A stretch of DNA of 62,270 nt. Source: Candidatus Omnitrophota bacterium. GTDB lineage: Bacteria > Omnitrophota > Gorgyraeia > Gygaellales > Profunditerraquicolaceae. Shown piece after piece: positions 27,405 to 34,901 of the stretch. Where the stretch lies: assembly GCA_028718225.1 (NCBI GenBank), contig JAQUMI010000003.1, forward strand, positions 1 through 62,270, written 5' to 3'. Below the pieces are notes generated by a model that saw only the letters and a program-made list of their open reading frames with translations, searched no databases and was not told where the DNA came from. Position 1 is the first letter of the stretch; every line of letters begins with the position of its first letter. A program made the position numbers and the translations under genes.

Positions 27405-27581
27405 CTAACTTTCCAGCTCCACGATCTTCTTTTCAATAAGCTGTTTATGCTTCTCTTCCTCATTCATCAGGAAGGTAAAAATTTCTTTTGTCTGCGGGAA
27501 CCGCGCAATAAAATTCTCGTAAAGGTCCCTTGCTTCAATCTCTTTGCCTAACGCCAGTTCCAAAGCTTCTACCGGGCCCAT
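27405..27581 (-). CDS. 58-aa half-ferritin/rubrerythrin-like two-helix protein (not in ORF track)
   Basis: Manual translation: MGPVEALELALGKEIEARDLYENFIARFPQTKEIFTFLMNEEEKHKQLIEKKIVELES. It parallels the N-terminal half of the 158-aa protein (IEKNGRDFYNRL...FRFLAGEEEKH). ATG overlaps the FDP stop (TAATG), and its stop abuts the next ATG. Confidence 0.45.
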   Translation of the reverse strand: MGPVEALELALGKEIEARDLYENFIARFPQTKEIFTFLMNEEEKHKQLIEKKIVELES

Positions 27582-28777
27582 TATTTACCCCCTTTTATTA
27601 CTGCCGCGAAATTCCGGCCGAACTTAAAACAAGCCTCTAAATCGTTTTTATCGGGCATATACTTTACTTCCAATCCTGTTCCTGCCAATTCTATGCCGGC
27701 TTCTTTTAAAATGTTTTCTATCTGTTGTACGGCCCCCCCTGCCCAGCCGTAAGAGCCGAAAGCAGCGGAAAACCTATTTCTTGGCTTAAACCCTCTTATA
27801 AAATCAAGAAAGCCGGCTAGATTAGGAAGTATGTTGTTATCATGAGTTGACGAGCCAAAAATAAATCCCCGGGCATCCAGCATCTCTTTAACTACTTCGG
27901 TACGGTCAGAGCCGGTTATCTCAAACAATTTTATGCTCAAACCTTCTTCTTCAACACCTGCAACAATTTTACGCGCCATCTTTTCGGTCGCCCCCCACAT
28001 AGATTCATATGCTACTACTACTTTAGGCAGGGTTTCGTTCTGCGCCCAGCTGGCATATCTATCCACTATTTGCAGGGGGTCTTGGCGCCAGATAACGCCG
28101 TGGCTGGGAGCGATGATTTTAAGCGGGATATTTAATTTTTTGACTTCTTCGATTTTTTTTAAGATAACCGCGCCTAACGGCCAGAGTATATTGCCGTAGT
28201 ATTTGGCTGCTTCATCCCATAGCGCGCACTGGTCAACTTCGTCGGCAAACCTCTCTTTGGTCGCCAGATGCTGGCCGAAGGCGTCATTGGGCATAAGCAG
28301 TTCTTCTTCAGGGCAATAGGTAAACATGCTGTCCGGCCAATGGATCATCGGCGCCTCTAAAAACGTTAATGTCCTCTTGCCCAGCTTTAATTTATCCCCG
28401 GTCTTGACCACCTGGAAATCCCAATCCCGGTAGTAATAGCGGTAGAGGCCCTCCTTGCATTTCTCCGTACCTAAAATTTTTGCCTTAGGGCAAAGCTTCA
28501 TGATTTCAGGGAGCGCTCCGGAGTGGTCTGTTTCCACGTGATTAGCGACGATGTAGTCTATTTTGTTGACCGGCACAACCTGCTGGATATTTTCAATCAA
28601 TTCCGAGGAAAACGCTCCGTATACTGTATCTACAAGAGTAACCTTCTCATCAATAATCAAATAGGCATTATAGGTTGTGCCCCGTTTTGTAGTATAGGTA
28701 TGGCCGTGGAAATTACGCACGCTCCAGTCCACTACGCCGACAGAATAAATATCCGGTAATATTTTTAAAACTGGCAT
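27581..28777 (-). CDS. fprA: flavodiiron protein (FprA / rubredoxin:oxygen-NO oxidoreductase)
   Basis: Metallo-beta-lactamase-like HVETDHSG diiron motif plus C-terminal flavodoxin domain. Confidence 0.9.
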   Translation of the reverse strand: MPVLKILPDIYSVGVVDWSVRNFHGHTYTTKRGTTYNAYLIIDEKVTLVDTVYGAFSSELIENIQQVVPVNKIDYIVANHVETDHSGALPEIMKLCPKAKILGTEKCKEGLYRYYYRDWDFQVVKTGDKLKLGKRTLTFLEAPMIHWPDSMFTYCPEEELLMPNDAFGQHLATKERFADEVDQCALWDEAAKYYGNILWPLGAVILKKIEEVKKLNIPLKIIAPSHGVIWRQDPLQIVDRYASWAQNETLPKVVVAYESMWGATEKMARKIVAGVEEEGLSIKLFEITGSDRTEVVKEMLDARGFIFGSSTHDNNILPNLAGFLDFIRGFKPRNRFSAAFGSYGWAGGAVQQIENILKEAGIELAGTGLEVKYMPDKNDLEACFKFGRNFAAVIKGGK

Positions 28778-28805
28778 AGGCTCTCCCTGATTGCCTCCCG
28801 GCAGT

Positions 28806-28825
28806 CCTGCCTGCAGGTAGGCAGG
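28806..28825 (-). other. intercistronic GC-rich hairpin directly after the reductase stop codon
   Basis: CCTGCCT (28806-28812) / AGGCAGG (28819-28825) with a 6-nt loop. Confidence 0.4.
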
Positions 28826-29530
28826 CTAGTATCCTTGAAAGTTTTCGGTAATTATATTTTCTTTAGCTAAGCTCAGCTCTTCCATTAATATTTTACTCAT
28901 TGCCTCCACCATCTGCGGAGGGCCGCAGAGGTAAAATTTTCTTCGCGGGTAATTGCCTATTTCCTGCTTAATCACTTGGGCGTTAATCCGGCCGGGGATA
29001 CATTGGAAACCTGCCGCTGGCTTGCCCAATACATGGACTACTTTTAATTTAGGATAGGCCTTCTGCATCACTTCAAAATCTTCCTTGAATATAATATCTT
29101 TTAGCGAACGGTTGGCATAAACCAAAACCATATCCGTGCCTAAATTCTTATCTACGATATATTTGGCGATGCTTCTGATGGGAGTGATACCGATGCCTCC
29201 GGATAAAAACGCTATATCCGTTTCCGCCCCATCCAGAGTGAACTTACCGAATGAATATTCGATCTTAAGGTTATCCCCGGGCTTTAACTGGCTAAGCGCT
29301 TTTGAAAAATTGCTGTCCGTAAGCTTTTTGGTAAACTCCAAATAGCCTTGCTCCGTGGGCGAGCTGGATATGGAAAGATACCTTCTTAAAACAGGGTCGC
29401 CCGCAAGGGTTACCGAAAGAAACTGACCGGCTTTAAAATCTATTTTTCCGCCGGTATCCAGACGCACGCTTCTGACATTATAAGCCCTTTGGATAATCTC
29501 TTTAACTCTTGCGGTTAGCTCCTGCGCCAT
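28826..29530 (-). CDS. FNR-like FAD/NAD(P)H oxidoreductase (candidate rubredoxin reductase)
   Basis: RRYLSISSSP (RxYS FAD motif), GGIGITP NAD(P) motif, 234 aa. Confidence 0.75.
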   Translation of the reverse strand: MAQELTARVKEIIQRAYNVRSVRLDTGGKIDFKAGQFLSVTLAGDPVLRRYLSISSSPTEQGYLEFTKKLTDSNFSKALSQLKPGDNLKIEYSFGKFTLDGAETDIAFLSGGIGITPIRSIAKYIVDKNLGTDMVLVYANRSLKDIIFKEDFEVMQKAYPKLKVVHVLGKPAAGFQCIPGRINAQVIKQEIGNYPRRKFYLCGPPQMVEAMSKILMEELSLAKENIITENFQGY

Positions 29531-29689
29531 TTAAATCTTCTCAAACATATCTTTGCCTACGCCACACTCGGGGCAAACCCAATCATCAGGCAGTTTTTCA
29601 AAAGGTGTCCCTGCCGGAATCCCTCCCGCAGAATCACCTTTGGCCGGATCATAGATATAGCCGCATACCGTGCATCTATACTTATCCAT
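29531..29689 (-). CDS. rub: rubredoxin (52 aa; not in ORF track)
   Basis: Manual translation: [52 protein letters not shown]. Canonical CxxCG...WxCPxCG. AGGAG lies 6 nt upstream, and the stop abuts the reductase ATG. Confidence 0.9.
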   Translation of the reverse strand: MDKYRCTVCGYIYDPAKGDSAGGIPAGTPFEKLPDDWVCPECGVGKDMFEKI

Positions 29690-29703
29690 CCGCATCTCCT
29701 TTC

Positions 29704-30030
29704 TTAACGCTGCTTTTCTGAACCCTGCATCCTTGGAGGCATCGGCAGGCCAGGGGCCTGCTCCCTATTCATAAGAGTGCGCCTGCCCTTGAGCATCTCC
29801 ATCATCGGGCATCTAGAAAAACCCCTGGTAGAGCCAGAAGCATAGATACCTGAAGAAAAAACTAAAAGCGCGCTAAGCCAAAGCAAAATAACAACAACTG
29901 CCCCAAAAAGCTTCAACTTTCCCGATACTATCTTTTGTAAACTAACTAAAACAAAAAAACTTATAGTTAGCAATACCGTCGCAGGTATCAAAGCAAAATA
30001 AAATCCCAATCTACCCATCATCATACACAT
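29704..30030 (-). CDS. hypothetical two/three-TM membrane protein with Met/Cys-rich tail
   Basis: AGGAGGG SD. Hydrophobic helices, then ...[14 protein letters not shown].... No family recognised. Confidence 0.45.
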   Translation of the reverse strand: MCMMMGRLGFYFALIPATVLLTISFFVLVSLQKIVSGKLKLFGAVVVILLWLSALLVFSSGIYASGSTRGFSRCPMMEMLKGRRTLMNREQAPGLPMPPRMQGSEKQR

Positions 30031-30094
30031 CGCTCCCTCCTTTTGAGATTGAACTCCTGTTGGTCAATCTCCCGGCTTTGTCCATCCCTTGCTT

Positions 30095-30130
30095 AAAACC
30101 AGCCGGGCGCCGCTTAGAAAACGGCGCCCG
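30095..30130 (-). terminator. rho-independent terminator after the tiny Cys/Lys ORF
   Basis: GGGCGCCG (30105-30112) / CGGCGCCC (30122-30129) 8-bp GC stem with a 9-nt loop, followed on the minus strand by GGCTGGTTTT. Confidence 0.5.
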
Positions 30131-30139
30131 CGCCAAAAG

Positions 30140-30202
30140 CTACTTCTTCTTTGCCTTCTTCTTTTTCTTCTTTGAACCAGAGCCGCATCTTCCGCAACCC
30201 AT
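30140..30202 (-). CDS. candidate 20-aa peptide MGCGRCGSGSKKKKKKAKKK
   Basis: ATG 6 nt after GGAGGTG. CxxC followed by 9 Lys among the last 10 residues. A terminator follows immediately. Coding status unproven. Confidence 0.3.
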   Translation of the reverse strand: MGCGRCGSGSKKKKKKAKKK

Positions 30203-30261
30203 TTTTCACCTCCTGCCTGCCTAAAGCAAGCTGTTTTACCTGCTTAAAATATACTTCGAAT

Positions 30262-30370
30262 CCTCTTCGGGAGAACCAATAAGCCTTAAAATTAAACTTC
30301 TCCTTCGGGATAACAAAAATATTTTAGAAATAAAAACCGGAGGTATCGGCCCGTTACAAGCTCCTTCGGG
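30262..30370 (-). repeat. three dispersed copies of a 10-nt motif in the leader (plus strand CTCCTTCGGG; minus strand CCCGAAGGAG)
   Basis: CCTCTTCGGG at 30262-30271, CTCCTTCGGG at 30300-30309 and CTCCTTCGGG at 30361-30370. The SD of the tiny ORF supplies a fourth AGGAG. Confidence 0.6.
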
Positions 30371-30452
30371 GTTAAGATACACCAAACTAAGCAATATAGC
30401 AACTGCTTTTTGCTCATATCCAGAGCGTTGACCAGTTGCCTGAATATCCCGC

Positions 30453-30851
30453 CTACTCCAGTAAAGACTCTAGAGTAATAGAATTAAGCTCTCTTAAAAC
30501 ATACCTCTCAATCCCGGTGATCTTTTTCCTCAAAAGGCAGGTTTTTTTATGCGGGCAGGCAAGTTTCTGCAAAAAACATTCATTCAGCCTCAATGTGCCC
30601 TGGAATATCCGCATTATATCCGTTATAAATATTTTTGCCGGCTCTTTAGCCAAAGTGAACCCGCCACCCTGCCCCTTAAGGGACGTGAGTATACCTTTCC
30701 CGTTCAAGGCCTGAAGTATTTTTCTTAAAAATGGCTGCGGCACGCGTAACTTCAGGGCTAATTCTGAAACAGAAACTATTTTTCCTTTGTATTTGGCAAT
30801 AAAGCATAATGCCCTCAAGGCGTAATCCGTACTCCTGGTGATTAATTTCAT
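30453..30851 (-). CDS. Rrf2-family regulator with three-Cys Fe-S-type motif (NsrR/IscR/RsrR-like)
   Basis: Rrf2 wHTH N-terminus. ECFLQKLACPHKKTC gives a Cx6Cx5C spacing. Confidence 0.85.
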   Translation of the reverse strand: MKLITRSTDYALRALCFIAKYKGKIVSVSELALKLRVPQPFLRKILQALNGKGILTSLKGQGGGFTLAKEPAKIFITDIMRIFQGTLRLNECFLQKLACPHKKTCLLRKKITGIERYVLRELNSITLESLLE

Positions 30852-30997
30852 CTTATCCTTTGGAAGGGGTGGGCTTAAAAAATTTGGGCAGTTTAACGTC
30901 TTGCCCGGGACAGCCTACTACAACCCTCTTTACAGTGGGCTACCGGTCGAAGCATATACTTTACGGTTATATTCATACGCCCTCCTTTTATAGATTA

Positions 30998-31025
30998 ATG
31001 ATACCATAATTGTATCATTTGTCAA
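30998..31025 (-). promoter_or_regulatory. promoter with overlapping perfect palindrome (candidate autoregulatory Rrf2 operator)
   Basis: TTGACA (31025-31020), 16-nt spacer, TATCAT (31003-30998). ATGATAC-N7-GTATCAT spans 30998-31018 and covers the -10. Confidence 0.4.
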
Positions 31026-31043
31026 GAAAAAATTTTCTTGCGC

Positions 31044-31424
31044 CTAGCTTAAACTAACCAGCGCTATGCCTACCACAATAAGAACTATCCCCATCCAGCG
31101 CTTAAGGCTAACCCTCTCTTTTAGTATAAACCTGGAGGCTAAGGCGATAAATATATAATGCATACTGTCCGCGGAAAAGGCAAAGCTTAAATCTACTTGG
31201 GATAAAACAAACAGCCATATACACAAAGAAATTAGACTAAAGAGAAAACTGAGCCAAACCCGCGGTACCGCAATCAATTTAATAATAAACCTCAATACTG
31301 CCCTGACATTGCCTCCCGGAGGGATTAAAGAATTAATGGCGGATTTTAAGAATAACTGGTTTATGGTATCGCAAATACTGGTTAAGGCGATCAGGAATAA
31401 AATAAAAACGAGTTTTTCTCTCAT
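31044..31424 (-). CDS. small EamA/SMR-like 4-TM transporter subunit (ArnE/ArnF-like)
   Basis: Start moved to MREKLVFILF... (ATGA overlap with the upstream gene). ~126 aa, four hydrophobic helices. Confidence 0.55.
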   Translation of the reverse strand: MREKLVFILFLIALTSICDTINQLFLKSAINSLIPPGGNVRAVLRFIIKLIAVPRVWLSFLFSLISLCIWLFVLSQVDLSFAFSADSMHYIFIALASRFILKERVSLKRWMGIVLIVVGIALVSLS

Positions 31425-31837
31425 TCTAGAGCCCGCCCTTTCTCTGAGGTGCTTAAGGAAACAAGGACGACTCCGAGCAGTATAAACAAAACCCCTCCCC
31501 ACCTAAAAAAGCTTACCTTTTCATGCAGAAAGATGATAGAAGCTAAAGGTATGAGGATATAACTAAAACTACAGATGGGAACGGCGACGCTTAAATCAAC
31601 CCTAGAAAGCAGGCTAGACCAGAGAATAAATGTACCTACAACTAATACCAGGCCGATCAAGAGAAAAGGGGATGAAAAAACATTCTGCAGGAAAACAAAA
31701 AGTTCAAAAGGGCTGGTTATAACTACCCCCTCCTCAAGAAGAGTGCTTTTCTTAAAACAAAGATGAATAAACGTTTCCAGGAAGTCGGTCAGGACAAGGA
31801 AGAATAACAGTTTAAGGGTAAGCTTGTTTTTGAACAT
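31421..31837 (-). CDS. small EamA/SMR-like 4-TM transporter subunit (ArnE/ArnF-like), paired with the next gene
   Basis: 138 aa, four hydrophobic helices, translationally coupled to its paralogue. Confidence 0.55.
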   Translation of the reverse strand: MFKNKLTLKLLFFLVLTDFLETFIHLCFKKSTLLEEGVVITSPFELFVFLQNVFSSPFLLIGLVLVVGTFILWSSLLSRVDLSVAVPICSFSYILIPLASIIFLHEKVSFFRWGGVLFILLGVVLVSLSTSEKGRALE

Positions 31838-31943
31838 TTATACCGGTTTCCAATGGATGATTACAGCCTGAACTTGAAGATTAAATAACTCCGCTTGCTT
31901 TTGGAAGTATTCTAGCATAAAATGTATAAAAAGATAATGTAAA

Positions 31944-33161
31944 ATGAGTTTATTTCGAGAGATACCACCCACAGCCGGCCTGCCCATTTATGCCAGAGAA
32001 CTTTTCTCTGCTTTCTTTAAAAGAAACCAGCGCGGTTCTTTAGAGGAAGACTTCAAAAACTACCTGAGAGTGCCCTATGCGGCTGTCACTTATTCGGGGA
32101 CAGCTGCTTTTTACCTTATCCTGGAGGCCCTGAAAACCCTCTCTCCCAAAAGGACCCTGGTTATCCCTTCTTTTATCTGCCCTCTTGTCCCATTGGCTAT
32201 AAAAAAAGCGGGATTAAAAATTTTAGTCTGCGATATTAATCGGGATAACTTTAATTTTGAAGCTAACCAGATAAAAGAATTATGTTCCGGGAACCGGGAT
32301 ATCCTGGCAATTGTGCCCGTCCACCTTGCCGGTATACCCGTGAATGTGGCAGCGCTACAAAAAATAGCCCGGGAAAATAATTTCTTCATCATTGAAGACT
32401 GCGCGCAGAGCTTAGGCGCACTTTATCGGGATAAAAAAACGGGAACTTTTGGAGATTTTGCTTTTTTCAGCCTTTGCCGGGGTAAAGGGCTGACTATCTA
32501 TGAAGGCGGGGTATTAGTTTGTAAGCCCGAATTTATCCCCGCGGTTAGCGCCGCAATCAAACGCTTCGTAAAAGACGATTTTTTTTCTGAAAATATAAAA
32601 ATCCTGGAGTTATTCGGATATTGGATTTTCTACCGGCCGCTGCTTTTTTGGTTCGTTTTCAGTCTGCCGCAAATTTTTTGGGAAATGCAGGGTAAGGCTG
32701 AAAAAGCGTTCATTGAATATTTTACTATTGATTTTTCCTTACATAAGGTATCCGAAATAAGGAAAAGGCTGGGCCAGGCGATCTTCCCGCGTCTGGAAAC
32801 GCAAATCGCTCAGCAGAGACAGATTGCCTCTGGTTATATATCGGGTTTAAAAGACAGAGAGGGTATAAAATTAATTACTGAGGCTGACGGCGACTCTTCA
32901 AATTACCCTTATCTTACCCTGCTCTTTGACGATCCGGCGAAGCGCGACAAAGCACTGCATATTTTTAAAGGCTCCGGCCTCGGGCTGGCACGGATTTATC
33001 TCTCGGCAATCACGGATTATGGCTATCTGAAAGATATCGTCGGGGTTCAGCCCTGCCCTAACGCCCGCTATGTCGCCAGAAACCATATTACCCTAAGCAC
33101 AAGTACTTTCCTCAGGCCTAAAGAGCTGGATTCCGCAATAGACAAACTAAAGAAAATATAG
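31944..33161 (+). CDS. DegT/DnrJ/EryC1/StrS-family PLP-dependent sugar aminotransferase
   Basis: IIEDCAQSLGA...GDFAFFSLCRGKGLT (PLP lysine)...GGVLV pattern. One of only two plus-strand genes. Confidence 0.8.
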   Translation: MSLFREIPPTAGLPIYARELFSAFFKRNQRGSLEEDFKNYLRVPYAAVTYSGTAAFYLILEALKTLSPKRTLVIPSFICPLVPLAIKKAGLKILVCDINRDNFNFEANQIKELCSGNRDILAIVPVHLAGIPVNVAALQKIARENNFFIIEDCAQSLGALYRDKKTGTFGDFAFFSLCRGKGLTIYEGGVLVCKPEFIPAVSAAIKRFVKDDFFSENIKILELFGYWIFYRPLLFWFVFSLPQIFWEMQGKAEKAFIEYFTIDFSLHKVSEIRKRLGQAIFPRLETQIAQQRQIASGYISGLKDREGIKLITEADGDSSNYPYLTLLFDDPAKRDKALHIFKGSGLGLARIYLSAITDYGYLKDIVGVQPCPNARYVARNHITLSTSTFLRPKELDSAIDKLKKI

Positions 33162-33183
33162 GGATTGGATAAATTAACCGCGG

Positions 33184-34110
33184 CTAAATCAGGGCTTCCA
33201 GTATCCTAAGGTTAGTTGATTCATTGAGCCTGGTTATCTCTTCTTCGGGGAATTTATCTGCCCCGACCTCTTTCGGATGGTCCAGCCGGGAGAGGACACC
33301 TTTTAATCTTCCGGAAACAGAAATTTTTGAATAATCGCCGGTAATATCCAAGCCCGCTATATCCAGGTTTTCTTTGATTAATTTAAGCAGCATGAGAAGC
33401 TCCTCCAGCGCCAATCTGCCTTCTTCCCAATTAGTCAAGGCATATTCATTTTTGAGGCAATCTTTATCTATAGAGACATAAACATTCTTTACGGCCAGCC
33501 TGCCGATAGCTTTAAGGAAAAAATCCTTTAAATTCTTTCCCCTAAGCTCATCCCAGTAAATCCTGCTGCGCAGGAAACTTTTTTCTACCCTTAAAGAGAT
33601 GTTTGCGGGGATTTTTCTTAAAAAAACCAAAGAAGGGCTGTGGCTGTAAGGATAGATTTCTAACCTATCTTTGCTAAGCGCATTCAGGTTAGCGCTTTGG
33701 ATCCAGGGGCAGGAAATATCCTCGGACGCTATGCCGAGCAGCAGGCATTTCAGGATATTTTTTCCCCTTAAGGCCTCGGTAACCCAAGAACCGCAGCCAA
33801 AACGGGGAGGCAGAATATCCCAGTCCGGATGCAGGTCAAAAACAATGAGCGAAATGGGTCTTTTAAATTCAGCCAATAATAGCGGGGTTAGATGATGAAA
33901 ATCCCCTGACCCGATAAAAGTAACACTCTGACCGGATGTTCCTCTTATGCGCTCGGCAACAGTATCCTTCGTGCGGCCGTTCATCCAAAGCCGGGCCTGG
34001 GGAGCTAAATCTCGCAGATTAACAACCTGATGCGGATATTTTTGCAGTAAATTCTTTTGTTTGCTTACGCTTGCGTCAAAATCCAGGATACGAATATTTT
34101 GGCTTAGCAT
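33184..34110 (-). CDS. divergent arginase/ureohydrolase-fold metalloenzyme
   Basis: GSGDFHH, FDLHPDW (DxHxD) and VSIDKDCL (DxD) line up with the arginase-family Mn-ligand motifs. Confidence 0.5.
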   Translation of the reverse strand: MLSQNIRILDFDASVSKQKNLLQKYPHQVVNLRDLAPQARLWMNGRTKDTVAERIRGTSGQSVTFIGSGDFHHLTPLLLAEFKRPISLIVFDLHPDWDILPPRFGCGSWVTEALRGKNILKCLLLGIASEDISCPWIQSANLNALSKDRLEIYPYSHSPSLVFLRKIPANISLRVEKSFLRSRIYWDELRGKNLKDFFLKAIGRLAVKNVYVSIDKDCLKNEYALTNWEEGRLALEELLMLLKLIKENLDIAGLDITGDYSKISVSGRLKGVLSRLDHPKEVGADKFPEEEITRLNESTNLRILEALI

Positions 34111-34224
34111 AAAGGAAGGGATTTTAAGATTTATTTAAAGCCTTGGGAAGAATCTTCTCTAATCCCGTTCTTCTGCCGGAAGAAGGTGTTTTCTGTTTTG
34201 TTTTTTTATTGATTAATTTTTCAC

Positions 34225-34887
34225 TCACGTAAAACTCCTTTTGAAATAATCATACACATCCTTTAAAGATTCATAGGCAAAACAGGTAAGCTTTTTATCC
34301 TGGAAGTACTTAAGCAGCTGATCTTTGGCAAAGACTATGTCTGCGTATTGCGAAGGGCATATGTCTGAACGGCCGTCGCCTATATATATTATTATAGAAT
34401 CCGCAGTTATGTTTGCCAAGAGGTTTTTTGTCTTGCAGTGGGCACAGGCCTGGCATTTTTTACTCCGGAAAGGAAAATAAGGAACCAGCCTATCTTTAGC
34501 GAATTTCAACTTATTGGAATAAACCTTTAAATTCCTTATGGCATTAAAACCTAATACGCGTTTTAAGATATAATCAAAATTATCGCTCAATACGAGCACC
34601 TTGATCTTGCTAGCGGAAAGCACTTTTACTATTTTTTTAAAATAAGGGTCTAACTTTATACTGGATAAATATTTATCCAGCGCGCGCCTGGTAATGCTTA
34701 TACCGCTTATCTGGCCCTTTAGGCAGGCGTGCGAACCAATCTTACCCTTTTGCCAATCTTTTTCCAGTTTTACCCATAAGTCATTCCGGGAAAAACGGGG
34801 CAGCATATTGTCAAAGACATCACAGGTGGCGATAGTGTTGTCAAAATCAAAAAAAACTACGCACTTTTCCGGGTTGATTAATTTCAT
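34225..34887 (-). CDS. HAD-IB phosphatase (MtnX/PSPase-like) with CxxCxxC insert
   Basis: FFDFDNTI (DxDxT), LSDN..., GDGRSD motifs. KKCQACAHCK Cys cluster. Confidence 0.7.
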   Translation of the reverse strand: MKLINPEKCVVFFDFDNTIATCDVFDNMLPRFSRNDLWVKLEKDWQKGKIGSHACLKGQISGISITRRALDKYLSSIKLDPYFKKIVKVLSASKIKVLVLSDNFDYILKRVLGFNAIRNLKVYSNKLKFAKDRLVPYFPFRSKKCQACAHCKTKNLLANITADSIIIYIGDGRSDICPSQYADIVFAKDQLLKYFQDKKLTCFAYESLKDVYDYFKRSFT

Positions 34888-34901
34888 TTTAGGTCTTTAA
34901 G

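Noticed and set aside
34168-34210. Plus-strand-oriented terminator-like element (TTCTTC-tgccg-GAAGAA followed by a long T-rich run) in a gap with no plus-strand gene. It might mark an antisense or small RNA.
   Set aside because: The stem is only 6 bp and AT-rich. The T-rich run is equally explained as the A-rich 3' flank of the minus-strand HAD gene or the promoter region of the next gene. No plus-strand promoter was recognised.
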